A DNA stretch of 64,000 bases from Octopus sinensis. Lineage: Eukaryota. Numbering within the stretch: the first letter of the stretch is position 1; the number at the start of each line of letters is the position of its first letter. Shown piece after piece: positions 62,857-64,000 of this stretch. The notes under the pieces are model-generated. The model ran no database searches. It had not been told where the DNA came from and worked only from the letters and a program-made list of their open reading frames with translations. A program made the position numbers and the translations under genes. Where the stretch lies: contig NC_042997.1 of assembly GCF_006345805.1 (NCBI RefSeq), positions 46,004,001 to 46,068,000 on the forward strand, given 5' to 3'.

Positions 62857-63010
62857 TATTCCAATTAGATATTTTTAAAATCTTCAATATCATTCCATTT
62901 TTTACATCTAACTTCTCAGATTCGAAACGTAACAAAAATTAGTGCTGGCTATAATTTCTATAGAATATCTGCAGAGATAACCATAAGGTCTCTCAACTAC
63001 AAAGTATTTC

Positions 63011-63125
63011 TATGTATGTATGTATGTATGTATGTATGTATGTATGTATGTATGTATGTATGTATGTATGTATGTATGTATGTATGTATGTATGTATGTA
63101 TGTGTGTATGTATGTATGTATGTAT
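63011..63125. repeat. (ATGT)n microsatellite
   Basis: Directly visible. Confidence 0.95.
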
Positions 63126-63325
63126 ACATGGGTGTACGCATGTATGTGTGCGTGTGTCTGAATAGTATCATAGATTGAAGAGAATGGACTGCTGCTAGAA
63201 AATAGACCGCGAGATTATTGATGTCTTTATTTCACCACGTGTAAGCTTTGATTATCAAAGACCTTCCGCCCGTGCCCATCTATACTGTCGGTATCTAAAA
63301 ACATATTCCTTAATGTGTCTTTGGT

Positions 63326-63680
63326 GGAGGCGCAATGGCCCAGCAGACTTACAGTCGTAGGATCGCGGTTTCGATTCTCAGACAGGGCGTTGTGCGAAAA
63401 CACCTAAAGTTCCACGAGGCTCCAGCAGGGGATGGTGGTGAACTCTGCTGTACTCTTTTACCACAACTTTCTTTCACCCTTTCTTCCTGTTTCTGCTGTA
63501 CCTGTATTTCAAAGGGCTAGCCTTGTCACACTCTGTGTCACGCTGAATCTCCCCGAGAACTACGTTAAGGGAACATGTGTCTGTGGAGTGCTTAGCCACT
63601 TGCACGTTAATTTCACTAGCAGGCTGTTCCGTTGATCGGATCAACTGGAACCCTCGTCGTCGTAACCGACGGATTTCCAC
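63326..63680 (+). mobile_element. tRNA-derived SINE with 13-bp TSD
   Basis: Same family as 4318 and 31361. TSD AATGTGTCTTTGG at 63312-63324 and 63687-63699. Confidence 0.92.
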
Positions 63681-64000
63681 CAAGCCAATGTGTCTTTGGC
63701 TTTTTAAAAACTTCGGGGTTCTAAGGAGATTTGGCTACTATTTCTAGCGCGACAAGGGGCTGCAACGTGTTTCATTGTTGACTGATAGACGGTTAAATTG
63801 AACAGTGAATTCTAAACTTACAAAGAAAAGGAAAGGAAGGAGTAAAGAAAGTAAAATATTTCCAGAACCTAAACAATGATTAGTTTAAAGCATGTGTAAT
63901 AATTTACCGGCCAATACACATGTGCGTGTATGTTGTGTGTGAGCGCATGCATATGTGTGCGTGCCTTTGTGCGTATCGTGCGTGCATGCGTGCATATATA

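Overview
AT-rich, repeat-saturated metazoan intergenic or intronic DNA. The SINE families, long (TA)n/(CA)n/(GATA)n/(ATGT)n microsatellites and LINE types point to an octopod cephalopod (Octopus-like); this is recognised from repeat content and was not checked against a database. I find no supportable host exon, RNA gene or CRISPR array, and most ORF-track entries are microsatellite read-throughs or antisense frames of transposon relics. The window is a transposon graveyard. It holds an L1/Tx1 LINE, several R4/Dong-like RLE-LINE fragments nested in (TAA)n tracts, and a Ty3/Gypsy (Mag-like) element with 5' LTR, tRNA-Ser-type PBS, gag, protease and RT. It also holds Penelope-like elements, CR1-group and RTE LINE fragments, an internally deleted mariner with intact TIRs and TA duplication, Helitron-type elements, many tRNA-derived SINEs (several with visible TSDs) and at least four different long fold-back hairpins. 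The main structural feature is a diverged ~5.4 kb tandem duplication (about 37.7-42.9 kb and 43.2-48.4 kb) whose junction is built from microhomology-joined pieces copied from elsewhere in the window. The most notable observations are that junction, a Penelope GIY-YIG nuclease with a ~140-codon spacer between its two motifs, the (TAA)n-targeted R4/Dong nest, a 3' tail shared by a SINE and a CR1-group LINE, and hammerhead-like motifs in a Penelope-type repeat.
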